64,000 nt of DNA from Blepharisma stoltei ATCC 30299 (taxonomy: Eukaryota; Protista; Ciliophora). Under the pieces are notes generated by a model. It was not told the origin of the DNA and made no database searches. It saw only the letters and a program-made list of their open reading frames with translations. Location: NCBI GenBank assembly GCA_965603825.1, contig CBFDEM010000011.1, positions 1,116,001-1,180,000 on the forward strand, given 5' to 3'. This document shows, in pieces, positions 51,879 to 62,800 of this stretch; the first letter of the stretch is position 1, and each line of letters opens with the position of its first letter. A program made the position numbers and the translations under genes.

Positions 51879-52160
51879 AAATTATTAATAATTTTAAAGA
51901 ATGAGTAACAGGGTGTTAGCAGAGCAATAGAAGTCTATAAAAATTGGAAATATTCATTATTATCAGAAAAAATAGCTGATATTTGTAATGTACCTCAAGA
52001 ACAGCAGATGATTACTTTCGAAACGAGAACATTGAGTTTAGCACAGCATAGAGACAAAACCTTAGGTGAATTGGGAATGCAAAATAATAAGATAGTCAAT
52101 GTTATGCATAGGTTCATTGGAGGCAAAAAGAAAAGTTTGGATATTATTTGAATTAATTAA
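51879..52160 (+). pseudogene. Ubiquitin-like modifier UBL-C (disrupted 5' end), GG + 11-aa extension
   Basis: Frame 51909-52160 QGVSRAIEVYKNWKYSLLSEKIADICNVPQEQQMITFETRTLSLAQHRDKTLGELGMQNNKIVNVMHRFIGG-KKKSLDIIWIN*; in-frame TAA 51906-51908 and no in-frame start ATG. Confidence 0.7.
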
Positions 52161-52421
52161 AAATATTTCCTCAATAAATTGTATGCACTTTTTATCAATT
52201 GTTTGACGAAAACTAATTGTTGCTTCTTTAAAAAAGATCAAACTTTGCCCGCCCTAATTTATATCAGATCTATTGAAGCTCTAATTCTTAATTTAATAAT
52301 TCAGCTTTTGAAACCCTGTTTTTGGTTATTTCTTATCCATTTTAAATTATCAACAGCTGAATTAATTTTTAACAAAATTCTACAATTTAGGACCTAAATT
52401 TTAGAACTCTATAATTATTAA

Positions 52422-52687
52422 ATGTCAACCTGGACGATAAGAATTGAAGATAAGGAAGGAAATTCACGCTCAATGCAAGTAAATAGCTCTTGAACTTATG
52501 CTCAACTCCACGGAGAGCTTTTAAATTGCTTCAGAATCGAAATGCAACTCCAACTGTGATTTATAATAATAATACTGGGGACAAGTATTTGAATTTGGAG
52601 AGATCAGGTGGACGCACTTTGGAACAGCTGGGCTTTCGGAATAGCTGCTTAGTTAAACTTCTTGAGAAAATGAGAGGAGGAAATTAA
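52422..52687 (+). CDS. Ubiquitin-like modifier UBL-A precursor (about 88 aa, ends MRGG-N; 1-nt deletion at 52523-52525)
   Basis: MSTWTIRIEDKEGNSRSMQVNSSWTYAQLHGELL/KLLQNRNATPTVIYNNNTGDKYLNLERSGGRTLEQLGFRNSCLVKLLEKMRGGN; AAA here versus AAAA in paralogue UBL-B. Confidence 0.8.
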
Positions 52688-53143
52688 GCTAATTTATATT
52701 TATAAGTGTGAGTTTTAATATAAAATTAAAGTTATCATTGATTTTTTATCAAAATTGCATTTTTAAAGCATATAAAGGACTAGACACATGCGCTCTCGAG
52801 TTTATTATGCAGGATAATTAATTAGTTAAAAAAATGAATAGAATTCATCACTTCAGTTTTGACGATAATGCTCTATTTTGACAAAATTTAGTCTTTTTAG
52901 ATTTTTATAAATTTATAAAAAGTCTTGCAATTATGCTTACCTCCAAGCAAAATTGTTGTTTCTCTAAAAAAGATCAAACTTTGTCTATCCCAAATCAATT
53001 AAATCTCTAGTTCTCTATATTAATACCTTGCTTTTAAAACCCTGCTTTCATTTATTTATTATCCATTTTATCTATTAGCAGCTCAATTAATTTTTAAAAT
53101 TCTACAATTTTAAACAAAGATTTTAGTATTTTATAATTATTAA

Positions 53144-53398
53144 ATGCCTACCTTGACTATAAGAGTTGAAGATATGGAAGGAAATGTACGCATACAGCAA
53201 GTAGATAGCTCTTGAACTTATGCTCGACTTCACGAAGAGCTTTTAAAATTGTTTGAGAATCCAAACTCAACACCGACTGTGATTTGCAATAGTAAGTATA
53301 TGAACTTGGCGATATCAGGTGGACGTACTTTGGAAGAGCTGCGCTTTGAAAACAACTGTTCACTCCAACTTCTTGAGAAAATGAAAGGGGGAAATTAA
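53144..53398 (+). CDS. Ubiquitin-like modifier UBL-B precursor (84 aa, ends MKGG-N), intact
   Basis: With UGA=Trp: MPTLTIRVEDMEGNVRIQQVDSSWTYARLHEELLKLFENPNSTPTVICNSKYMNLAISGGRTLEELRFENNCSLQLLEKMKGGN*; beta-grasp pattern, GRTL motif, di-Gly. Confidence 0.88.
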
Positions 53399-53879
53399 GC
53401 TAATTTATATTTAAAATTATGAGTTTTTACATAAAATTAAAGCATCTCGAAAATGGGCTTAGTATTGAATTTTCATTAAAAATTGCATTTTTATAAAGGA
53501 ATAGGTAATATGCATTCTCGAGTTTATTAGAATTAAATATTAAAAAATAAATAGAATTCATCACTTCAGTTATTGACGAAAATTATCTATGTTGCCAAAT
53601 TTAATTTCTCTAGATTTTTATAAATTTATAATATCCTAGACTTGACTTTCTATGTAATAAATTCTCCTTACCTTTCCTTAAAAACATCAAATTTATAAAT
53701 AGATTTTACCACTCATATAGCACAAATTCATGCTGCAGGCTTAGAATACTTTTATTAGTATAAATTTTCAAGAAATATATCTTATCAGTGCAAAGGGTAA
53801 GATAATAAATCCAAAGCGTCATGTTCCTTAAAAAATCAAAATTTTAAATAGACAAAAGTTGGCTTTGGTATATATAAAC

Positions 53880-54640
53880 TTTGCGAGCCTTTTTAGCTTT
53901 ATATAGATCAATCCTGGATATTTATCATCTGTGGCCCTTTTGGATATCTCAGCTAAGCCAATATATATTGATTTGATCACACCTGATGAATCAAATTGGA
54001 TTAATTAAGCTAAAAAATAGGAATTTACAGACTATTCTCATTTATGATCACAAATCAGATTAAAAAGATAATGATTAATTTTAAGAATAACATTGGTAGA
54101 ATTAGAAGCCAGAGATCATCGTATTATTGAACTATTATAAATTATATATAACTTATTCACTTTTATAGGTCGGCCTTATTAAAAATGCAAATACTCTAAT
54201 GAAATTCACATCTTTTGCATCCTAAGATTAAAATATTATTTTATCAAATTAATTTTGATAGATTTTAATGAGTTTTCATTTTGGTTGAGAAATGGCTAGA
54301 AAGGAAGGTTTTCAATAATAAAATAATTAAGGAAATTCGCGAATAATGCATATCTATAGATAATCCATCAGCTATTCTTTAGAAACACATATAAAGCATG
54401 AATCGCTAAAATATGTTTCAATTAATAGACTTTTCTGGACATAGCATATGATTAATAGTATCTCATATTCAAGCAATTTACAATTAGTCTGGGGAAGAGC
54501 TCTATCTCCCTGAAGCTTCTTACACTGAGTTTTTTTGCTTATATCTTTTTATAATTAACTATCTCCAAAAAAAAGTTTAGCCTCTTCTGAAATTTGATCC
54601 CCCAGGAGTGAAGGATATATAAACAAATCTAAATACCATT
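53880..54640 (+). pseudogene. Decayed gene of unknown family (resembles 63012 ORF)
   Basis: YLSSVALLDISAKPIYIDL..N*AKK*EFTDYSHLWSQIRLKR*W with in-frame TAA/TAG; later block GEELYLPEASYTEFF. Boundaries approximate. Confidence 0.4.
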
Positions 54641-54928
54641 TAGTCATATTAATATATGAATAATTATAATTTTTGCGTATGCATTTCAGCAAAATTAAGC
54701 TTTCTCAAATATATTTGTTTCATTATATCAACCTTAAGTTCGCAAAACCTGACCATATAATTAATTTTACTAACTTGGAATTGAAAATTTGTCCATAAGT
54801 TGCAACCAGCATTTGAAGGTTCAGCAGATAAATGGCTTTAGACAAACCTTTAGTAATTACACTTTAAAGATTAAATAAAGCACAATTAAATTAAAAAATA
54901 TATGCAGCTGAAAGAAAAATAAAGATAA

Positions 54929-55921
54929 TTATATAGAATTACCTAATTTTAAATAAAAAAGTATATAAGCATGATTATAGTCAGGAGGATCTTCTGTCAC
55001 AAAAGCGTCATTAAACTTATACCATTTTCCATTATCACAAGTATAAGCAATATAGTGGCCACATTGCCCGCCTCCATAATAGCATATTAAAGCATATAGT
55101 CTATAGTCACTTTCCTGGAAATTTATTTCTGTCTCAAGTTTTCTATTCTTATTCGAAGTATCAGTAACATAAAATACCAAAATTTCTGGCATTTCTAAAG
55201 AATCTACTGCGATTGTAGAGCTGGTTATTTCCTGACAAACTTCGCATTGCAAATTTAATTTATCTTTTTTGCTTTTTATGTTTTCTAAACATATTTTTGC
55301 ATTTTATTTATCCTTTGGAGCTATAATAAAAAATAATGATTTATCTGATTTTATAACTTTATGGCCTTTCTGGCATGTAAAAGTTTGGTTTTTTGTGATC
55401 TGAAATCTTTTTTCCTCATGGCTAAATTCTTGTATATATATATCTATTAGAATATTATAAAGCTCTTTACAGTCGTTCTGGGCATTAAGTTCGTACTAAA
55501 TATTGTTTACCGTAGGAAATTTTTCTTTAAGTGTATTTAAAAAATTTATAATGCCTGGTTTAAAATCACTTGATGAGATACGGGAAAGCATAAGGTAAAA
55601 AATTATTAATAAATTTCTGAATAAAATGGTGTTAGATTTCGATATGAAATCTACAAAATTTGGAGTGCTTGCTAGAACTTGGAGTACAGAATTTAAATAG
55701 CAGGTATTTCCATAGTTAGGAATTCCACTCTTTCTAGAGCATTGATTTCCAAAAGACAAATTTTCTAGCTCTTGATAATCTCTAGAGTCCTTTAGCTTTT
55801 TGTTTTGTTTATTTTTACGATTTCTCAATCATGCTACTAGTTTTGGGAAAAAATAAATAATAACTAATATTGCAACTATATATCCTCCTCTTTTAGCAAA
55901 ATACTTAATATCATAGCTCAT
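54929..55921 (-). CDS. USP deubiquitinase USP-2 with N-terminal TM anchor (325 aa)
   Basis: MSYDIKYFAKRGGYIVAILVIIYFFPKLVA-W(UGA)-LRNRK; GIPNYGNTCYLNSVLQ; intron 55496-55510 then AQNDCKE; GGGQCGHYIAY..WYKFND. Confidence 0.9.
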
Positions 55922-56292
55922 TTAATTTTCATAGAAATTTAGCTTAAATTAAATATTAAACATAAAACTCAGAAAGCAAACATATCTGCGCTTTAGGAAA
56001 TTTAGAGTCCAAATTTAATAAATTAAACTCAAATTTTTTATACCTTGTAAAAGTTTTCAATACTTTATGTATTGGCTAAGAAAGCCTAAACATATCAATA
56101 TATAAATGTAATTATTAAATCCAAATTATGAGAAACTAGAATTACTTGATGAGATTAACAATTATAACATTTGAAATTCTAGAGCTGAGAGAAGCTGCAG
56201 TAGCAAGCACCCCAATATTGGACTCCAATAGTGTGAGCATTCATATAAGTTAAAAAAACACTTTGAAATCAGACTACTTTCAGAGGCTTCTT

Positions 56293-56440
56293 AAAGAGAA
56301 TGATTGTAAAGAACTATTTATTATCATTATAAATTTATGTATGGAAAATTACCAAAGTGATATGCTTATAATAAACAAAAAACAAGCAATATTCTGTGAA
56401 AATGGTAACAGGTAGAATTATCTGAATCTCAATTATTTTA
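56293..56440 (+). pseudogene. USP catalytic-domain fragment (copy of USP-3 region)
   Basis: KENDCKELFIIIINLCMENYQSDMLIINKKQAIFCENGNR* versus USP-3 KENSCEELYTIIINIFMEFCHSEMFLINKNQAIICENNHR. Confidence 0.8.
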
Positions 56441-56873
56441 GATAATAAAATATATATAGAAGAATAGCTAGATAAGCTTTGAGTGCAAAATTATCAGATT
56501 CAAAGATATAGTCAGAATCAGTGTCTTGCATGCTCTTTCCCGATATTTCAATGTAAAATTTACCTAAAAGTTGGGTGTAAAATCAGCTAATTTTTGATAA
56601 TTTATAAATCATTCCATTAATATAGATATAATCGAAATATAGAAATTCAATTGATAAATAAATATTCTTAAAAATCCACCTTAATGCATATGTGTAATAT
56701 TTTTCTATTGTTTTGATAATTAAGCTCAATTCTTTATTATAGAGAATTAAACCTAAATGCAAAATAATAACCTTTGTTTAATAATCTGATAAGCTATGTT
56801 TATATAAAATCTTACGATTTCATATCTCCAGCAGCAAATAATTAAAATGTCTATTATAATTCTATAAATTTAT

Positions 56874-58939
56874 ATGTCAGAAGAGCTTAAAAAAGCAGTT
56901 TATATTCTTGCAACGATCAATCAGCATATAAAATTTCCTTTCAAAAATCCATGTTTAAGCAAAATTTTTCAAAATGCTTTTACCTCAGGCATTGATAATG
57001 AAGATCTTAGACTACTTGAAAAATACACATTGCCATTGCCAAGCTTTGATAGCGCATATCATATTGTAAAGGATATCATTAGATTCCAGAAATGAGAAGA
57101 TATTTTTGCTTGGCCGAACAAATTATTGCAACCATTTCAAGTATCTGACATACCTAAAAAAATTCAAAAAGTTGCATTTTTTTGCGTTTGCACTAATAAG
57201 GATTATATAGAGGAAATAGAAGGCTACAACTTAATTGTAAAACTTGTTCTACCTGAAGGGATTTTACAATGTAAATACTGAGAAGAATGAAAGAGCTGCT
57301 CATCTTCTCAGGAAATGGACAAAAATAGTAAGCCTAAAATCTATTCCGCAATTTTTGGCTTTGTTAAAAACTGAGGAGTGATTCCAAAAAATGAAGAAAC
57401 GGCAGAGAATGAAATAGAAAAAGTGGAAGATGAAGAAGCAAGAATAGAAAAAATTGAAGATAACCCTCAATATTTTGAAGAAAATGATACTAAAAATATA
57501 AATGCGGACCAAATAAATGAAAAATTCAAACAAATAGAAGAGCTATCTAAATGCAAACAAAGCAATGAAAGCAATGAAAGCCTCCAAGCTGAGCTAATAA
57601 GAGTAAAAATTGAAAATAAAAAAGCGTGCAATGATATAAGTGAAATAAAAGCAATGATAGAGGACGTGAGAAATTCTTTGAATGAAAAAATAGATGAGAC
57701 TAACATAAATTTAAAAAAAGTTTAAATTATTTAAAAGAAGGACTAGATAAAGATCAATTATTTATGGAAAATGTCCTTGAAAATTGCCAAAGTAATTTAA
57801 ATCAACTTAAGTATTACAGAAATAGCTCAAATTATGCACCAAAAAATAAAAATCGCGATTTTTCTTTAAATTTTAATGTTGTTTCTGATAATTTTCAATG
57901 CATCAATCAAACTGTTCAAGATTATATCCAAAAATTCAATCAACTGGAAATTAAATGCAATTCATTAGTAGATATATGCAATAAAATGATAATTGAGAAT
58001 GATAGCAAAGATTCATCATTAAAGGCGAAAATTGATGAAATTGAAGAAAAGATCAAGAAAGTTTCAATATCAAATGGAAATGAATTAATTTCAAGCCCAA
58101 AAAATGCTCCTGACTTAAAAATTATAAATAACAACACTCCAAAAAGGAAAAAAAGGGGGTTAACCAATATAGGGAATAGTTGCTATCTGAATTCAGTTTT
58201 ACAGATCTTTGCAAGTGTTCAAAATTTCGTAGAAAATATAAGAAACATTGAGAATGACTTATTTTATTGCTTAGGTGATGTACTATCGTCGATAACAGAT
58301 CCCTACTCTATAAAAATAGACGAAAAATTAAGAAAACTAAGAAAATTGGTTACTAGCGAATATCCTATGGTAATTTATATATAGTTTGATGGAAATAAAG
58401 AAAATAGTTGCGAAGAATTATATACTATCATAATAAATATATTTATGGAATTTTGCCATAGTGAAATGTTTTTAATAAACAAAAATCAAGCGATAATTTG
58501 TGAAAATAACCACAGGTCAGAATTACCTGAGCATCAACTATTTTTAACTATACCCGATAATGAATTGTCATTTGTAGAATGGCTAAATCAGCTTGAAAAT
58601 GAGAAAAAATTATTTAGTGGAGATAATAATTTATTCTGTGAAACTTGTGGACAGAGATCTGACTCAGAGATTGTGACAGAAAGAATTGAGACTCATGAAA
58701 TTTTAGCTTTTTATAATGGCAAAAGTAAAAATTTGATTGAAAATGCTCCTAATTCTGTTTCTTTAGGGGAAAATCAGTATGAAATATTCGGAATAATTGT
58801 GTACAGTGGAAGACACTACATAGCTTATACAAAAGAAGAGGGAATTTGAAATGAGTATAATGATAATGAAGTCACAGCAAATAAGCATCCAAATCCAAAT
58901 AATAGCTATATGCTGTTTTATAAAAAAACTTACAATTAA
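56874..58939 (+). CDS. USP deubiquitinase USP-3 (about 683 aa; 1-nt deletion in A-run 57713-57719)
   Basis: UGA=Trp joins ORFs; GLTNIGNSCYLNSVLQ; intron 58370-58384 (GTAATTTATATATAG); YSGRHYIAY..I-W-NEYND..YMLFYKK. Confidence 0.85.
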
Positions 58940-59083
58940 TTAGTTTTTCATTTATCAAATTTTTAATAAATTATATTTATTTAATTTAAACTATCACTAC
59001 AAAATTTATAGTAAATAATTTTTCATCGTCAAAAATCATAAATTATTATGATTTACTTTCCATAATAATTATTTTAGAATAAA

Positions 59084-59521
59084 TTAAACTGCATAAGTCT
59101 GCGTCCACATCCTAGCTACATTTTCATATGCTTCTTTATCAGCATTTCTGATTGTCGTGGCATCATTAAGGTATCCATCCTCAGTGCTAGGTTCACTCAT
59201 GAGTACACAAATACTGTCAATGATCGACTCTACTGTTGTTGCACTTTGCCACTTGTAATTTAATAGCATCGTACAAGCTTTGCCATTCGAGTCCACGTTT
59301 GGGTGGAAAATAATCGTTTTGAAGTAAAATTCTGGAGGACTTTGAGGGAAGTCTCGAGGGAAAAGAATCTCGAATTGGAATCTTCCACCTTCAAAAGGAG
59401 TTTCTGGAGGTCCTATTAGTATCCCACCTCAGTGATAGAAATCATTGTCGATTAAATGGACTGATAATCCGTCGGTTGGGTCTTCACAGATCTTTGCGAA
59501 ATCAGCCTGGAGCTTTTGCAT
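59084..59521 (-). CDS. Divergent UBC-fold conjugating enzyme E2-3 (145 aa)
   Basis: MQKLQADFAKICED..FYH-W(UGA)-GGILIGPPETPFEGGRF..FHPNVDSNGKACTMLL; the UGA aligns to the conserved Trp of E2-1/E2-2. Confidence 0.93.
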
Positions 59522-59846
59522 ATATGTAGAATTATAAATAATGAATTTCTTTATTAGGGATATAAAGAAATGAAAAAGTTTAAAATAAATGAATTAGGAA
59601 ATACATACTGTGTTTTCAAGTCTTCATTTTTATATAATAGAGTCTCAATGTCTTTTAATAGGTATTTTTCTATGAATTCTAACAATTTGGCGAATTAGGC
59701 TCAAAGTCCCTTAATTTTTTAGACTCAGGAATTTTGCCTAATTTGATTTTTCCATAAACTCGTTCTTATTATATCTCCCTGCTCATATTTTCATCTTTAT
59801 GCACACTTTTAACTGAGAATTAAGGATTCTACATTTTCTGTTAATA

Positions 59847-62800
59847 ATGTCAAGTCAAGATCATCTCTATTCGCGCTCAATCGCTGCTATTGGGATGGCG
59901 ACTCAAAAAAAGCTTTTCACCATGCGAGTCTTGATTTCTGGTCTCCGAGGAGTCGGTCTGGAAATCGCTAAAAACTTGATCTTAGCTGGCCTCAACACAG
60001 TAACTTTACATGATGATTCTGTAATTTCGCTCTATGACTTAGGGACCAATTTCTACATAAATGAGTCTCATATAAACCAAAATCGAGCTGAATCAGTCGT
60101 CTCCAAGCTCCAAGAGCTCAACCCAAATGTCTCAGTTAGCATCTACAAAGGAGAAATTACCCAAGAAGTTATTTCTCAACACTCATTGGTGATTCTTACA
60201 GAAAGTGACAGCACCACGCTCAGAAGGGTGAATTCCATTTGTAGAGAGCTAAATCCTCAGGTAGGCTTTATATCTGTTGAAGCCTGAGGAGTGACTGGAC
60301 ATATTTTTGTAGATTTTGGGGATAGTTTCGAAGTTTCTGATAGAAAATGGACAGACTTGAAGAGCTATATTATTACCAATATAAGCAAAAGCAATCCTGG
60401 AGTTATAATGATAGAGTTGAGGCAAAGACAAATACTTCAGACTGGAGACTATGTAAGGTTCAAAGATGTCGAAGGAATGACTCCTCTTAATGATGGCAGA
60501 GAAAGAAAGGTCACTTATATAGGCCGGGACAGCTTTTCAATAGATGAAGACACCACAGAATACCCAGATTATATAAAATATGGAATAGTTGAAGAGGTCA
60601 GAAAACCTTTCCATTATGATTTTCGGCCTTATGAAGTCTCTATAAAAAATCCTGAAGAATTAAAGCCTTTCATACAGTCTGATCACTCAAAAGAAAACAG
60701 GCCTTCCCATCTGCATTTAGCTATGCTCGCAATCAGAAAATTCCAAGAAGTTCATGGATTTCTCCCTGAAGTCCACAATGAAGACCACGCAAACCTCTGT
60801 GTGACTTATGCAAGGGAAATCATTGAGGCTGCTTCACAAGAGATTTTTATAGATGCAGTTGACGATACCATCATTAAAAGCGTCGCAAAATATGCAAGAC
60901 TGCAAATTCCTCCAGTTACTTCTATATTTGGAGGAATTGCAGCTCAAGAAGTCATTAAATTCACAGGGAAATTTACTCCAATCCAGCAGTGGTTACATAT
61001 GGACTGGCTTGAGCTGATTCAGCCAACTGCAAGCATTGTTGACTCAAGATATCATGATCTCCAAGCAATAATAGGAGAAGAAGGACTAAACAAGCTTAAA
61101 TCAGTCAATTTATTTATGGTCGGGTCTGGAGCCTTGGGCTGTGAATTGTTACAGCTTTTTGCATTATCTGGAATTTGCTGTGGGGATGGAGAACTTACTG
61201 TCACTGATGACAATAATGTAAAAGTCTCCGATTTGACAAGGCAGTTTTTATTCAACTTGACTAATGTGGGGCAATCCAAAAGTGAATGTGCTACAAGGAT
61301 AGCGAAAATCATGAACCCAGAAATGAATGTCACTGCTTTGAAAAGCAGAGCTTGCCCAGAAACAGAAAACTTGTTTAACGATAGGTTTTGGGAGAAATTA
61401 AATGCAGTTTTTGGGGCTGTGGATAATATAGCTGCACGAATTTATATTGACCAAAAATGTGTTTGGTATAAAAAGCCTCTCTTTGAAAGTGGAACAAAAG
61501 GGACAAAAGCGAAATCTCAAGTAATCATTCCATTTTTAACCCAAACATATTCAGATATCCCATGGAAGCATGAAAAGAAAATCTTAACGGATAATCTATA
61601 TTTTCCATATGCAATTTCTCACTGTATCGAGTGGTCTCGAGAAAAATTGTTAGATTACTTTACTTCTGGTCCTGGAGAGCTAAATAAGTACTTGGAAAAC
61701 CCTGAGGCTTATATGCAAAAACTACGAAGCATGAACAATGCTGGAACACAAGTTGTCCAGCTAAAACAACTTAAAAAATATTTAGAGCTTTCTAAAATAA
61801 GTAGCTTTGATGATTGTATTGCTACCGCAAGACATAAGTTTAATAAGCTGTTTAATGAAAAAATTAGAACCTTATTACATCAATTTCCCCCTGGTAGTGA
61901 TTTTTGGTCAAGGACTAGGAGATTGCCTGAGCCTTGCATTTTTGACACAGAAAAAGAAAATCATATAGGCTTCATAGAAGCTTATGCGAATTTGGTAGCC
62001 TTTAACCTTAACATCCCACAGAATAGAGACAGGAATTACATAAAAGAAGTAGCGTCTAAGGTCCAAGTTAGGGAGTTTGCCCCAAAAAAAGCCTATATGA
62101 AATTAGACGATAATGAGGGCCAGCAGCCAATCGAAAAATCTGACATAGAATTAAGAGAAGAATTGCTGAGTTGGGTCGAAGAATTTTCATTAGAAAATGT
62201 CAAGCCAATGACACCAATTGCATTTGAAAAAGATGATGATACTAATTTCCATATTGATTTTATCCACAATGCTTCAAGTTTGAAGGCGAATAATTTCAAA
62301 ATTTCTACAATAGAAAGACACCAAACCAAGGTTAGTGCTGGAAGAATCATCCCAGCTCTGGCTACAACAACTGCAGTTATTGCTGGAATTGAGGTAATTG
62401 AATTTATTAAATATACTATTGGGCTAGAATTAAAAAAAATGAGGGATTGCTTTATGAATTTGGCAAGCCCGCTTATCCTTTTTCCAGAGCCTCAGCCTGC
62501 AATAGTGATTAAATCTGTTGAATATGATGAAGTTTTTGCTGCTCCCAAGAGGGCATATAATGATGGCTTTACCAAATGGGATAATATTGTTATTGATGGG
62601 CCTTGCACAATGGGAGAGCTAATCGGCACTTTGAAAGAAAAATACAAGGTTTCACCATTACAGATCGCCTGTGGAAAGTTCTGCTTGTTTAATCACTATT
62701 CAAGAGATAATAAAGATGAGCTGCTTAGAAGAGAAGTTTATGAGCTATATAAAGAAATTAGTGGAGACAAAACAGGGGGTAAAAAGTCGATTGGTCTCAT

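Larger units (their letters stand above)
52218..53631 (+). repeat. About 0.7-kb tandem duplication carrying UBL-A and UBL-B
   Basis: Shared flanks: AAAAAAGATCAAACTTTG near both unit starts (52218, 52953); AATAGAATTCATCACTTCAGTT and AGATTTTTATAAATTTATAA near both ends. Confidence 0.85.

Noticed and set aside
51910-51919. Internal telomere-like AGGGTGTTAG, or a 15-nt intron GTAACAGGGTGTTAG
   Set aside because: About one repeat unit, compatible with chance; the putative intron lacks the branch A at position 10 and splicing it does not restore the UBL frame
42880-57725. Programmed ribosomal frameshifting (Euplotes-like)
   Set aside because: All three sites need a -1 shift in homopolymers, there is no shared slippery-stop motif, and for E1-A and UBL-A the paralogue has the extra base; sequencing error or mutation is simpler
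1342-60287. Selenocysteine at in-frame UGAs
   Set aside because: The UGAs that can be aligned match conserved Trp, not Cys, positions
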